Source of the DNA: an uncultured virus (IMG/VR IMGVR_UViG_2916515220_000006)
Taxonomy: Duplodnaviria; Heunggongvirae; Uroviricota; Caudoviricetes
Length of the DNA stretch: 28,804 nt
Virus record (IMG/VR): IMGVR_UViG_2916515220_000006
Reading direction: 5' to 3' (one strand)
This document shows positions 1-9,410 of the stretch, in pieces. A model generated the notes under the pieces. That model searched no databases, was not told the origin of the DNA, and worked only from the letters and a program-made list of their open reading frames with translations. The stretch's first letter is position 1, and every line of letters starts with the position of its first letter. The translations under genes were made by a program, and so were the position numbers.

Positions 1-182
1 CCTACTTTGATGACTGGCGATACAGGACGGGAACCTTTGAAATCCCCGTCCTAGTGTTCGTTCTGATGATTGCCTTGCTTGCTAAAAACAAACGCGCAAT
101 CAGAATGGTGCTCATATGGTTCTCGATGTGCGTTGGGCTCCCCGCCGCGCTCATCCTTGCCTCAAAGCTTGTGTTTGCTTAA
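1..182 (+). CDS. 3' part of a small membrane protein (5'-truncated by the window), convergent with the virion operon
   Basis: Open frame from nt 3: YFDDWRYRTGTFEIPVLVFVLMIALLAKNKRAIRMVLIWFSMCVGLPAALILASKLVFA*, with two hydrophobic segments. Its TAA (180-182) overlaps the TAA of the opposing gene (179-181). Not in the ORF track. Confidence 0.55.
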   Translation, partial: YFDDWRYRTGTFEIPVLVFVLMIALLAKNKRAIRMVLIWFSMCVGLPAALILASKLVFA

Positions 183-2449
183 CGCCCGAGCAGGAACCGC
201 GCATACTCATCGCTGATTTCTTCCTGCGAAGGCTTCCTTCCGGTCGATGATTGCAAATCCGACTTAATCCGCTCGCGCAGATCGACCGGAATATCACCGT
301 AAGGAATTCGAACCTCGAAGGCCGTTCCATCCTCGCGCGTTGCCGCTTCGAACAGAAATTTGCCGCCCTCTTCGCTTGTTCCCCAGATCAATCCCGGCTT
401 CTGAAAAACGACCGGCAACAGAAGTTCGTTGATCAGGTTCTGCGTTTCGGAAAAGGACGGCGCTTTACCGGCATTGTCTTTCCGGAAGTCGTCTATCCTC
501 AGTTTAAGCTCACTCTGGAAGCGCCCGATACGCCGTTCCATTTCAGCCCTGTCTTCGGTCTTCTCGCTCTTGATGCCCGTTGTCGTGATGCCTGCGGAGT
601 TCAAGGCTTGCTCAGCCTGTTTGAAGGCGCCGGAGTAGAGGGAGCCGTCTTGCTGGGCTTTTCGCTGGTCCGTCAGCGCCGTCTGCCGCCAGCCGGTAAC
701 GGCTTGCCAGTCGGAGTTATCCAGCTTGTCGCGGTACTGGAAGAGATCCGTCTGCGCAAATGCTGTCGGGTTCTCCGCATACTGCGTTTGAAGCTCGTAG
801 AGCACCCGATAGTCGGTTGTCGGCTGCCCCTGAGTGCGGACCTTTTCTTGATAGTTCATCAGCGTCGTCATGCCGCTGGCCCCGAGTGTCTGCTGGACAT
901 CGATCGGGATTTGCGTGAGATCCATGGTCGGGTTCGAAATAACCTGCGTTTCCGCCCAGGATTGGACCTGTTCTTTCTGCGCGTCCATCAGCTTCTTGCG
1001 CTGCGTCAGCTGAGCATCCACCGCCTTGCGCGTCGCTTCCCGCTCTTCGGGGTCGGTGATTTTGTTCAACTGATCATAAATGTGGGCGATGCCCTGCGGC
1101 GAATAGTTCGGCAGGCTGGCCGTATTTTCGTTCACGCCGCCGGCAGTGCGGAAACCGAGCAGGTCGTTTGCTGAATAGGTCGATTCCTTCACGCTGTTGG
1201 ACTGGTTGCCGCCGACGACCTTGATGTTCCCGTTGCCATCAAAGCCCTGAAAGAAACCCACATGGCCTTGTTCGCCGGTTCCACGCTTGAGAACCACGAT
1301 GTCACCCGGTCGCGGGTTATCCGTCGGCATCCCGAAACTCAGGAAGGAGCGGGCATTGAGTTTTCCCGTGCCTTCAATGCCCTGCGTTGCCAAAACAGCG
1401 TTGACGAAAGCCGCACACCACGGCGTCACGCGCGGGTCGATTGATATCCCCGCAGAGTTCTTGATGAAGGAGGATATCGCCTTCGCATCGGTGCGCTCAT
1501 TGAGGCCAGACAGGGAGCCGAGAACAGTTCCGAGCTTTCCCCCGATAGCCGGAAGGGCACGACGCTCGACAGCATCCGGCCTCTCCGGCCCATCCAACCG
1601 TTCCGGCCCGTCGTACCTTTGAACCGGAGCACCAGAAAGCAGCGCCTGGGTGTTCTGGTTTGCTTTCGCGGCCAGCACCGGAGCCTTCATCGCCTCGTCA
1701 AGGGTGAGCTTGTCACCTGCCGAAAGACGATCGGCATACTTGTCCATATAGCCTTTCGCCTGAAGGACGCCACTTTCACCCTTTGCCGCGAGCGTCAGGA
1801 CCATCTTTTTCGTCGTGTCAGAAAGAAACTCTCGTTCCTTCATGTCAATTGCTTCAGGCGGCAAGCCTTGTTTCCGATAGACCTCCCTCAATTCCAGCAG
1901 GGCGGCAGCCGTGTATTTGTCTGCCATTGCCTGATCGGTGGGATTCCGCAGAGCTTCGTTCTGGAGGTTGCTCGCCCCGGCAACACCTTCCTGCACCACA
2001 TACTGTTTCAGTTCGTTGCCGGAATGGATTGCCATCGACCGTTCGGTGTCGAGTTCAAGGCCGTCAACGGACTGGTTGTAGAGCTTCGCTGCGCCAAGGC
2101 TCAAGCCTTCTGCATGGCTAGCCCGCAGTGCTTTGAGCTTGTCAACCACACCCTGCCTGGCATCGAGCGCGTTGCGACCGGACATGTTCATGTACCCGTT
2201 TTCCGGGTCATACATGAGCTGGTCTTTTTCGCGCATGTAGGCGTTTCGCGCCTCGCGTGCGCCCGTCTCGTCTTTGAGCGCGTTCACCTTCTCGACAGCG
2301 TCGCCAAGCACACCAATGCTCTGGCCAACGCTCTGCATGCCTCGCCCAATCTGCGCGCCGAAATCATCCCCAGAAGCCTGCGTGGTAATGTTCTGGCGGA
2401 GGATTGGTGCAGACGTCTCGGTTCGCTTGTAGACAGGAACTGTGGGCAT
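179..2449 (-). CDS. Internal virion (DNA ejection) protein with a TIGR02594/NlpC-P60(CHAP)-like peptidoglycan hydrolase domain
   Basis: 756 aa, helical. Central motifs PWCAAFVNAVL...NARSF...GDIVVLKRG...GHVGFF...GGNQ (Cys/His dyad). Lies downstream of the tail tubular and small ejection genes. Confidence 0.85.
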   Translation of the reverse strand: MPTVPVYKRTETSAPILRQNITTQASGDDFGAQIGRGMQSVGQSIGVLGDAVEKVNALKDETGAREARNAYMREKDQLMYDPENGYMNMSGRNALDARQGVVDKLKALRASHAEGLSLGAAKLYNQSVDGLELDTERSMAIHSGNELKQYVVQEGVAGASNLQNEALRNPTDQAMADKYTAAALLELREVYRKQGLPPEAIDMKEREFLSDTTKKMVLTLAAKGESGVLQAKGYMDKYADRLSAGDKLTLDEAMKAPVLAAKANQNTQALLSGAPVQRYDGPERLDGPERPDAVERRALPAIGGKLGTVLGSLSGLNERTDAKAISSFIKNSAGISIDPRVTPWCAAFVNAVLATQGIEGTGKLNARSFLSFGMPTDNPRPGDIVVLKRGTGEQGHVGFFQGFDGNGNIKVVGGNQSNSVKESTYSANDLLGFRTAGGVNENTASLPNYSPQGIAHIYDQLNKITDPEEREATRKAVDAQLTQRKKLMDAQKEQVQSWAETQVISNPTMDLTQIPIDVQQTLGASGMTTLMNYQEKVRTQGQPTTDYRVLYELQTQYAENPTAFAQTDLFQYRDKLDNSDWQAVTGWRQTALTDQRKAQQDGSLYSGAFKQAEQALNSAGITTTGIKSEKTEDRAEMERRIGRFQSELKLRIDDFRKDNAGKAPSFSETQNLINELLLPVVFQKPGLIWGTSEEGGKFLFEAATREDGTAFEVRIPYGDIPVDLRERIKSDLQSSTGRKPSQEEISDEYARFLLGR

Positions 2450-2454
2450 TTATG

Positions 2455-2964
2455 TCACTTTCCATATCTTAGGCTGTAATCACCGAAGCCCTTCGCAGCC
2501 CCCGTGAGCACCGTGCTGGCAACAGCAAGATTGCCTGCCTTCTTCGTGTTCGTTGCGTTGGCGCGGCTCAGTGCCGCATCAGACCGCTTGTTCACGGCGT
2601 CCACCTTGTAATCGTAAGCTTCGTTGGCGGCGTTCTTCCGAATTGTGAGCGCATCGATTTCCCCGAGCGTCGCTGTGCTGACGAGAGTGTCGAGCGGCGA
2701 GCCGAACGTGAGGTCAACGCCATTTGCGGCCATGGCTGCTTTTTGCTTGCCTTGCAGCTGCGAGACTTCCTGCCGCTTCAGCTGCTCAGCTTCACGGCCC
2801 CGCTCCAGAGCGTTGCGGGCGCGGCGCTCCGCAAGCGTTGCGTTCATATCGGCAACTTTTGCGTTGTATTCCTGCGCGGCGGCATTCGCGTCTGCCGACT
2901 GTTTCGCGCCGGCCGCGCCCACGAGCGTTGACGCAGCGGTCAAGACCAATCCGAAATCACACAT
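2455..2964 (-). CDS. Small internal virion/ejection protein (T7 gp14-like)
   Basis: 169 aa, Ala/Gly/Gln-rich. MC-start hydrophobic N-terminus, AMAANGVDLTFGSPLD motif, typical podovirus position. Confidence 0.75.
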   Translation of the reverse strand: MCDFGLVLTAASTLVGAAGAKQSADANAAAQEYNAKVADMNATLAERRARNALERGREAEQLKRQEVSQLQGKQKAAMAANGVDLTFGSPLDTLVSTATLGEIDALTIRKNAANEAYDYKVDAVNKRSDAALSRANATNTKKAGNLAVASTVLTGAAKGFGDYSLRYGK

Positions 2965-3424
2965 TGGTTTCTTTCATCTCAAATATGCGGAAAGGCCGCT
3001 GTTCATATCCCATCGGAATAGGCTCGCTCAGCGTGAAGCCGAGCCACTGTAGCCAGCGCTTGGAAACCTCGTTCCTGTCGTCGACGATGTTGCGGAGCCC
3101 GCTGTATTCCCGCCGCATCTTCGACACCCAGAACCGGGAGCCTTTTAGGAAGTGCCGGTAGTATCGCTCAAGAGCGTCGGAGCCGAGCAACCACGGTGCG
3201 CCGATCCGGCAGACCAGATTGACTGTTCCGCAGCCGAATACGGTTTCCGGCTGGCCATCGAACTCGATGGTGTAAGAAAAATCCGATCTGGCGACCGAGT
3301 AACGGAGCGCTGACAACGGCGAGCGCCCCGTGGCGGCAAACACCTCAGCGGCGTCTGCTTCGCGCATACGGGGCGCAATAGCCAGCAAATGGGCGTCCGT
3401 GGTCTCTATTATGCGAAAGCTCAT
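2957..3424 (-). CDS. T7 gp13-like / GNAT-fold phage protein
   Basis: 155 aa with MREADAAEV, GAPWLLGS and NIVDDRNEVSKRWLQWLGF motifs. Directly after the nozzle gene, with an ATGA overlap at 3421-3424. Confidence 0.75.
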   Translation of the reverse strand: MSFRIIETTDAHLLAIAPRMREADAAEVFAATGRSPLSALRYSVARSDFSYTIEFDGQPETVFGCGTVNLVCRIGAPWLLGSDALERYYRHFLKGSRFWVSKMRREYSGLRNIVDDRNEVSKRWLQWLGFTLSEPIPMGYEQRPFRIFEMKETNV

Positions 3425-5738
3425 GCACCCACCTTCAAGTCAGGCATAATCGCAAGGATCGTCATCGGCAGCGGATCGAACTGTTTGACGACCATTGTGC
3501 CGCCTTTCGTCCACTCTGACGTCGGTGTTATCTCGACATCGTCGGTAGCCAACCGGATTGCTTCGTTCCAGTTTTCAAACTGTCGCTGCTTCAGTTCATG
3601 AAGCTTGTTTTCACTCGGCCCGACCCAGATACCGCGGGTTCGTTCGACGCGCAGGGTGATGTTTGCGATCGACTTCTGCCGGCCTTGAATAGACCCATAC
3701 CCTGAACGCTACCCAGATCGATATCGAGAGTTTTCATGATGGCCTCGAAAGGCAGGCCGACATGGATCTTCGCGGCGGCGATCGGCAGGGTGACAGTGCC
3801 GTTTGAGACGACCAAGTCCTTCACGACGTTGCCGTCAGCCAACGCGACGACCGCCTTGCCTTCAAGATGATACAGACCACGCAGGGACTTGATGGCTGGA
3901 CCCTCATAGGTCAGGCCACTGTCGACGAAGAACGCATCGCTCGAAGCCGTGAACATCCTCGTGTGCAGTCGCTCGATGTAGCGGTGATCGACACCTTGCA
4001 CAGTCCGCCGAACGACGAAGTAAACGGCGTCTTCGTCGCCTTCAGGAACAACGTTCACGCATTCGAATACGCCGTTCGTCTCGTGCTGCGTCCAAGCCCA
4101 GACATCATGTTCGCGCATGTAGGTAAGGCTTACGCATTGGCCATTATCGAGGATCACCCAGACGATCGAATATGGCGCCTGCGCATAAGCCCAGGAGATC
4201 ACCCTGCGACCCTCGAAAAGGTGCCGGGACATAATGGTCAGGTCTTTGCCCGTGAAGTTGTCATTCGAGAACTCGTAGCTGTAGTCACGAATGACGCCAC
4301 CGCGCGCGACGTTGAACAGCATCACGTCACCGACGGCGATTGGCTGAACGAAGCTTGATCCACGGTTGCTTTGCTTTTTCACGACGGTCTGCGACGGACT
4401 TAGGAAGTCCTCAGACCCACCGGACACATTGAACTCGTTTGCAGAGGTGAAGACCGCCAAGCCGCGAGATTCACCGAGCGCCCTGATGGAGTTCTTTTCC
4501 TTTGACTTTACACGGAAGGTGATGGCATCGCTCGCCTTGGCTGGGGTAGCCGCGCCAAAGTTCTCGTAGTTGGCGGATTGACCAAGCCAGACGCCGGACG
4601 GAATATTCTCGGTACCGGCTAGAGCAAGACGTTGCTCGAAGAAATTCACCGTAGCGGGATAGTTCCCGGCGCTTGCGAAGGGGTTGTAGCCCGCCTGCGG
4701 AGTGTTGCTCAAGTCCGCCGTAATGTTCTCGTCGTCAAAGTAAGTGCCAACGGTTCCGCCGATATAGCCGAAAACACCATTGTCTTCCTTGTAGACGATG
4801 TAACGAGCGGCACCGCCGACGGCGCCCCATGCGATCCGGTTCTTGCCGTTCTGGCCATCCTTGGCAATATCGAGGTCGTTCACGGTCGAACCGGCACCGG
4901 ACGGCAAGCTTTCCTCACCGTTCAATTCCGAAACGCTGGCAACCTTGTAGCTGTATGTCGTCGCCTGATATCCGGGTGCTCCAGCCGTGTTGACAATTTG
5001 CGAAACACTCGGCGCACCGGGCGGCCCGATTGACGGTGAGAAGGACGGGATTGAGAAGGCCCAGTTGTCGTCAGCAAGACGTGAAAGTTTGCGTGGTGCG
5101 TGCTTTTGATGGGTCAGATACACGACGTCATTCTCTTGCGCGAAACATACGCGGCTGACTTGGTCGGACGTATACGGGGAATCGATCTCGTAAAGCGCAC
5201 GCGTTGTTCCGCCGCTGACATATGCCGGCATGCCGACGGTGCTGACGGCGTTGCCGAGCAAATCTTCAAGCGTGAAGGTGTTGGTCGTCGCGTTGCGAAT
5301 GATGAAGTTCCGCCCGTTCAAGGCCGTGGTGCCACCAACGCCTGCAAGAAACACCTCTTGCCCGTTCGCGTAACCATGGGCAGCAGAAGTGACTACAGCC
5401 GGGTTTGCCGTCGTGATTGCGGTGATGTTCTTTGCAGAACGGAGGATAGGTGCACCAGCGCGATAAACCCTCATTTTCAGGTGCGAGAATTCGAGATTAT
5501 AGGTCTGGTCGGTTTCGGCGTCGTAGACGAAGGGGATCAGCACGGAGAAACCTGACCCTCTTACCCTGCCGATGAACTCCAGTCCCGTTCGGTTCGATGC
5601 GCCGCCGTGCGGATGCACGAAGACGTTCTTCGCAATCTTCAATCCGGATTGATACTTGGAAAGGTCCACACGCGCCCACAGTGCCGGGCTAAGTTCGCCG
5701 GCAGTGAAAGCAGGCTGCATCGTGCGCAAGATTGCCAT
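3421..5738 (-). CDS. Tail tubular protein B / nozzle (T7 gp12-like), frameshifted near 3694
   Basis: Starts with QPAFTAGELSP..ARVDL. The frame drifts after ..GSVQGMG; adding 1 nt gives GSIQGRQKSIANITLRVERTRGIWVGP...FDPLPMTILAIMPDLKVGA*, ending at 3421 in an ATGA overlap with the next gene. Confidence 0.85.
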
Positions 5739-5741
5739 GGC

Positions 5742-6323
5742 TCAGCCCCTCGCGCGGATAAAGGTGGACGGATAATCGTAGCTGTCCTGCTGTTCGTTCG
5801 CGTCTGACACCTGTGCCGCGTTCAGCGTCTGTGCGGCGATCTGGAATGCATCTTTGCGTAGCGATTGATCCTTGGTCAGCGGAAGGCAAATCTTCGTCGC
5901 CAGCGCCCAGCAGAGAGCGTCAAGGAAGAGCGGAGGAAACCGGGCCGGATCGTCGATAAGGCGAGTGTATTCGAGCTTGGCAGCCGACTGGCTGGTGAAA
6001 ATCAAGCCTTCCCCGGCCTCATAAGGGATTTCATCGGTGCTCATGCGGGGATCGACTTCAGGAATGATGCGGATCGGCTTCAGGCAGTCCGTAGGGCGCG
6101 TGTAGGCGCGTTCCCATCTTTCCGGCCATGGGTTGGCAACTTCGGCCAGCACGAGCTTCCTGTTGGCGAATTGCCAGTTGAAGCCTTGCAGCATCGTGTC
6201 ACGGGTCAGCCCATAGTGCAGCTTGCACTGGTTGGCTTCTTCCGACTGCTCGTTGATATCGGAGATTGTCGCCTTACCGATATGCGAAAGCGCTGTGTTG
6301 CAAATGCTGACGACTGAAGCCAC
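5742..6323 (-). CDS. Tail tubular protein A / adaptor (T7 gp11-like)
   Basis: 193 aa. SVVSICNTALSHIG N-terminus, NWQFA, YTRPTDCL, FPPLFLDAL motifs. GTG start with GGAG RBS. Confidence 0.85.
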   Translation of the reverse strand: MASVVSICNTALSHIGKATISDINEQSEEANQCKLHYGLTRDTMLQGFNWQFANRKLVLAEVANPWPERWERAYTRPTDCLKPIRIIPEVDPRMSTDEIPYEAGEGLIFTSQSAAKLEYTRLIDDPARFPPLFLDALCWALATKICLPLTKDQSLRKDAFQIAAQTLNAAQVSDANEQQDSYDYPSTFIRARG

Positions 6324-6341
6324 GACCTATCTCCAAGAATG

Positions 6342-6371
6342 AAAAAAGCCCGACGAGAAGCCGGGCTTTCT
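6342..6371 (-). terminator. Intrinsic terminator after the capsid/cement genes
   Basis: Minus strand AAAGCCCGG-CTTCTCG-TCGGGC-TTTTTT: GC stem followed by a T6 tract, in the typical post-capsid position. Confidence 0.8.
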
Positions 6372-6396
6372 GGTTGTTGTGATGGTTCGGCAGCGG

Positions 6397-6876
6397 TCAG
6401 GGCTGCGTTGCCTTGTCCTCAAGCGCGGCGATGATTTCAGCCTTCGTCGCAGGGAGCGCATCCCCGAGGATCTTGCGAGCGGCGGCCTTGAACGTCATGA
6501 ATTCGACGTTGCCGTCGCTGCCCATGGCAAGGACTTCGGCTGGCGTCTTCTCGGGTTCGTCGCTGGACGATGCGGTCTTCGGCTCCGCGGGAGCCTTCTT
6601 GCCGCGTTTCAGACGATCGATTTCCGCATCCCTTGCAGCCAGGTCGGCTTTGAGGGCTTCAATCACAGCGTTGTCGGCAATGGTAGAAGTGGCAACGCCG
6701 CGCTCAGCTTCCGGCACCGCCTGTTCCGCCTTGCGCTGTTTTGCCGCTTCGTTTTTCGAGACCTCCTCCATCCAGGCTTTGGAGAAATGGCGATCCTCCG
6801 CTACTTCGAAGATATCGCCTTCTTCACGGAGATGGCCGTAAACACCTGCCCGCAGGGCGCGCACGAGCTTAGTCAT
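6397..6876 (-). CDS. Hypothetical virion-associated protein
   Basis: 159 aa ORF overlapping the cement gene stop. Short N-terminal beta domain (YGHLREEGDIFEV...SKAWME), coiled coil and small C-terminal helical domain. Confidence 0.7.
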   Translation of the reverse strand: MTKLVRALRAGVYGHLREEGDIFEVAEDRHFSKAWMEEVSKNEAAKQRKAEQAVPEAERGVATSTIADNAVIEALKADLAARDAEIDRLKRGKKAPAEPKTASSSDEPEKTPAEVLAMGSDGNVEFMTFKAAARKILGDALPATKAEIIAALEDKATQP

Positions 6877-7312
6877 AGTTGTTGTCCTCCCCGGCAGCGA
6901 CGACGCCGGCCGTAATCTTGCCAGCGGTCAGCGGGCCGGTTGCGACGGTGTAGTTCAGGCGGGCATAGCGCTCGTCTGTGCCACGGGGCAGATAGTCGAT
7001 CGGGAAGACGTAGCCGGCGACCAAGGACGCCTTCCCAATCGCTCCCGAGGTCCAGACGGTCTTCGGAGACGAGAAGGCTTCGTTGTCATCGGTCTGCAAT
7101 TCCACGGTGAGCGTTGCGGCACCGGCAGCCAGTGCAGCTTCGACCATCTGGACACGAAGCGAGACTTTGCCGCCGCGGCCGAGATCCTTGCGGATGTTTG
7201 CAGCAGCGCCAACGGGTTTACCGCTGGCGCCGAAGTCGATGACGTTCGTGGACGGTGCAGAGGCCGTGATGACCTGCGCATCCGAAAAGAGGTTCTGTGC
7301 GTCGAAAATCAT
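6869..7312 (-). CDS. Capsid cement/decoration protein, BPP-1 Bbp16-like
   Basis: Start re-called at 7312: MIFDAQNLFSDAQVITASAPSTNVIDFG...ERYARLNYTVATGPLTAGKITAGVV. Immediately follows the major capsid gene. Confidence 0.8.
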   Translation of the reverse strand: MIFDAQNLFSDAQVITASAPSTNVIDFGASGKPVGAAANIRKDLGRGGKVSLRVQMVEAALAAGAATLTVELQTDDNEAFSSPKTVWTSGAIGKASLVAGYVFPIDYLPRGTDERYARLNYTVATGPLTAGKITAGVVAAGEDNNYD

Positions 7313-7337
7313 TGTTTCAACCCTTCTTCGACCGCCG

Positions 7338-8333
7338 TTAGACGATCTGGCTTTCGGTTTCGAGGATGTTGTCATCCCGGCGGATCGGAAGGCCGAGGAA
7401 CGAAACAACCGGCTTGCCCTGGCTCTGGTCGAGCGTGAGGTTCACGTTGGTCTTGTTCATGGCCTGCTTGTGCAGGAAGGTCTGCACCGTCTTCGGCGCG
7501 TAGATGACCGTCTTGCCGTTCGGCTGGTTGGGGTTCTGCAAGGCGTAGTAGCCATCGATCATCAGATTGATGAGGTCGGCGCCACCGGCCGTGGCATTCG
7601 CCCGAAGGTCGGACACGTCGATGTTCGCGATGCGGGCAACGCCGCGCCAGTCGCGGACGGACAGGCCGATGTCCTGCGAAAACTTCTCGCGGTAGACATC
7701 ATAAAGCGAACCGTCAGGCAGTTCCTTCGTGGTCTTGCCCTTGTCCTCGCGCTGAAGACCAGCCTTGGTGCCTTCCGGATAGAGAAGGTGAACCGAGTCC
7801 TCGCCCCAGGTGACGAACCAGATGGAGGTGTTATCCGATCCGGTACCGCCTGCGTCGATGATCTGCCGGCCGTTGGCTGCAGTCTTCGAGTTGAAGCGGG
7901 GATGAAGGCCCGTAAAGCGTTCCGGCATGACGTCGGTATCGCCGTAGTAGACGGTGGAGCCGAGCATGTTTGCCATACCGGCAATATGAGCCTTGGCTTC
8001 ATTCAGGCGGAACTTCGCCGGGTTCTTGGCGATGTCGACGAGCTTTGCGTCAACTTCGGACCAGTCTTCCAGCATACCGGTCGCATCCTTGACCTGCGCC
8101 GTGGTGCCCTTCGTAGGCATTACGCCCTTGTAGAGCTTGCGCCAGGTCGGAACCGGCAGGCCGGTGCGAACGGTGGTCAGGTGCGACGTGCCCATGTTGC
8201 ATTCGAGAATGGGAGCGTCTTCGTACATGCTGTTGAACTGGACGAGCATGTCGATGATGGTTGCAATGTCATCGCCCCATTCCTGCTTTTTCAGGTCGGA
8301 GAGCGTGGGATACATGTTGCCGACAGTGGCCAT
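7338..8333 (-). CDS. Major capsid protein (BPP-1/epsilon15-like, HK97 fold)
   Basis: 331 aa with TTVRTGLP.PTWRKLY.GV, SEVDAKL, DAGGTGSDNTSIW.V.WG, GLSVRDWR..ARIANID and FLGLPIRR.D.I motifs. Confidence 0.92.
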   Translation of the reverse strand: MATVGNMYPTLSDLKKQEWGDDIATIIDMLVQFNSMYEDAPILECNMGTSHLTTVRTGLPVPTWRKLYKGVMPTKGTTAQVKDATGMLEDWSEVDAKLVDIAKNPAKFRLNEAKAHIAGMANMLGSTVYYGDTDVMPERFTGLHPRFNSKTAANGRQIIDAGGTGSDNTSIWFVTWGEDSVHLLYPEGTKAGLQREDKGKTTKELPDGSLYDVYREKFSQDIGLSVRDWRGVARIANIDVSDLRANATAGGADLINLMIDGYYALQNPNQPNGKTVIYAPKTVQTFLHKQAMNKTNVNLTLDQSQGKPVVSFLGLPIRRDDNILETESQIV

Positions 8334-8336
8334 GTC

Positions 8337-9139
8337 TTAACCTCGTTGGGTTGGAGTGGTTGCGCCGTACATCGCCTCTTCAGGAGACTTTGCAGAGGCG
8401 GCTGGAGTTTCCGACGTGAGGGGCTTGTCATCACTGAGAGCGTTGCCGACACGGGCCAGTAGCCGGAATAGACCGGGATGGTTGCCAATCCCGAGTTCAA
8501 CCAGATCGCGGCGGAACGCATCGTCACCGAACGTTGCAATCACACGATCTGCTTTGAGGACGTTTTCCTTCAGGTGGTCGCCGCCGAAGTCCTTGTCGGT
8601 GCGAATTTCCTTCTGCCAGTCCTCTGTAATTTTCTGGTGTCGCTCGTTGAGAGCGTCGAATTCAGTCTTGCGCTGTTCAGCCAGAACGCCGGCAAGCTTC
8701 GTCGCCTGTGCGTTGGTGAGGCCGATTTCCTTCATGACGGGAGAGGCCTTCTCCAGAAGGGCTTCGTCGAGCTCGATGCCGTCGCCCAGAGCAATGGTGT
8801 ACTTACCGTCTTCGGGAACAGTGTCAGCAGGATCGGCAGCCGCCTTGTTCTTGTCGTCGGCTTCCTGTGGCTTCGTCTTGTCGTGTTCCGCCTTCAGCTT
8901 GGCATTGTCTTCGGCGGACTTGGCGCTATCAGGAACGTACTCCTTCCAGTCGGAAGCGGCGGCCTTGGCCTTATCGCTGTCAGCAGAGCCGTTGTCGCCT
9001 TCGACAGCGGCGGGAACGCCAGAGAGGATCGTGTCAGCGCCCTTGGCAGCCTCTGCCGCGCTATCGCCACCAGCGCCGGCACCGGAAGCCCCTCATCTGC
9101 GGGAGCAAAGGCGACGCTATTCCTCAGAAGATGTTTCAT
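8337..9139 (-). CDS. Capsid scaffolding protein, frameshifted at ~9089-9092
   Basis: MKHLLRNSVAFAPADEG joins, with one extra G, to ASGAGAGGDSAAEAAKG...DTVPEDGKYTIALGDGIELD...KEIGLTNAQA...GIGNHPGLFRLLARVG..LSDD. Directly upstream of the capsid gene. Confidence 0.8.
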
Positions 9140-9410
9140 GCTCTTCCCTCGATCGTTTCTCCGAGCGGTTATGTGCCTCGATCATCATTTGAGCGTAGGC
9201 AGTGGGCTCGACGGTGTTGAGTTGATTGATGATGGTCACGCCGATCACGCGGCGGCCGATGGAAATACCGGTTTCGCCATTGACCACAGGCGCAGCGCTG
9301 TAGACGCCGCACTGTGCAATGATCCACCAGATGAATTCGCGAGCGCGCGGGTGCTCCAGCACGAACTGCGTTGACAGTTCGAGTTCTGTTTCGTCCCTTG
9401 TTTTCGTCAT
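9117..9410 (-). CDS. Bbp19-like phage protein
   Basis: 97 aa between portal and scaffold, with AREFIWWIIAQCGVY...IGRRVIG...PTAYAQMMIEA pattern. Confidence 0.7.
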   Translation of the reverse strand: MTKTRDETELELSTQFVLEHPRAREFIWWIIAQCGVYSAAPVVNGETGISIGRRVIGVTIINQLNTVEPTAYAQMMIEAHNRSEKRSREEHETSSEE

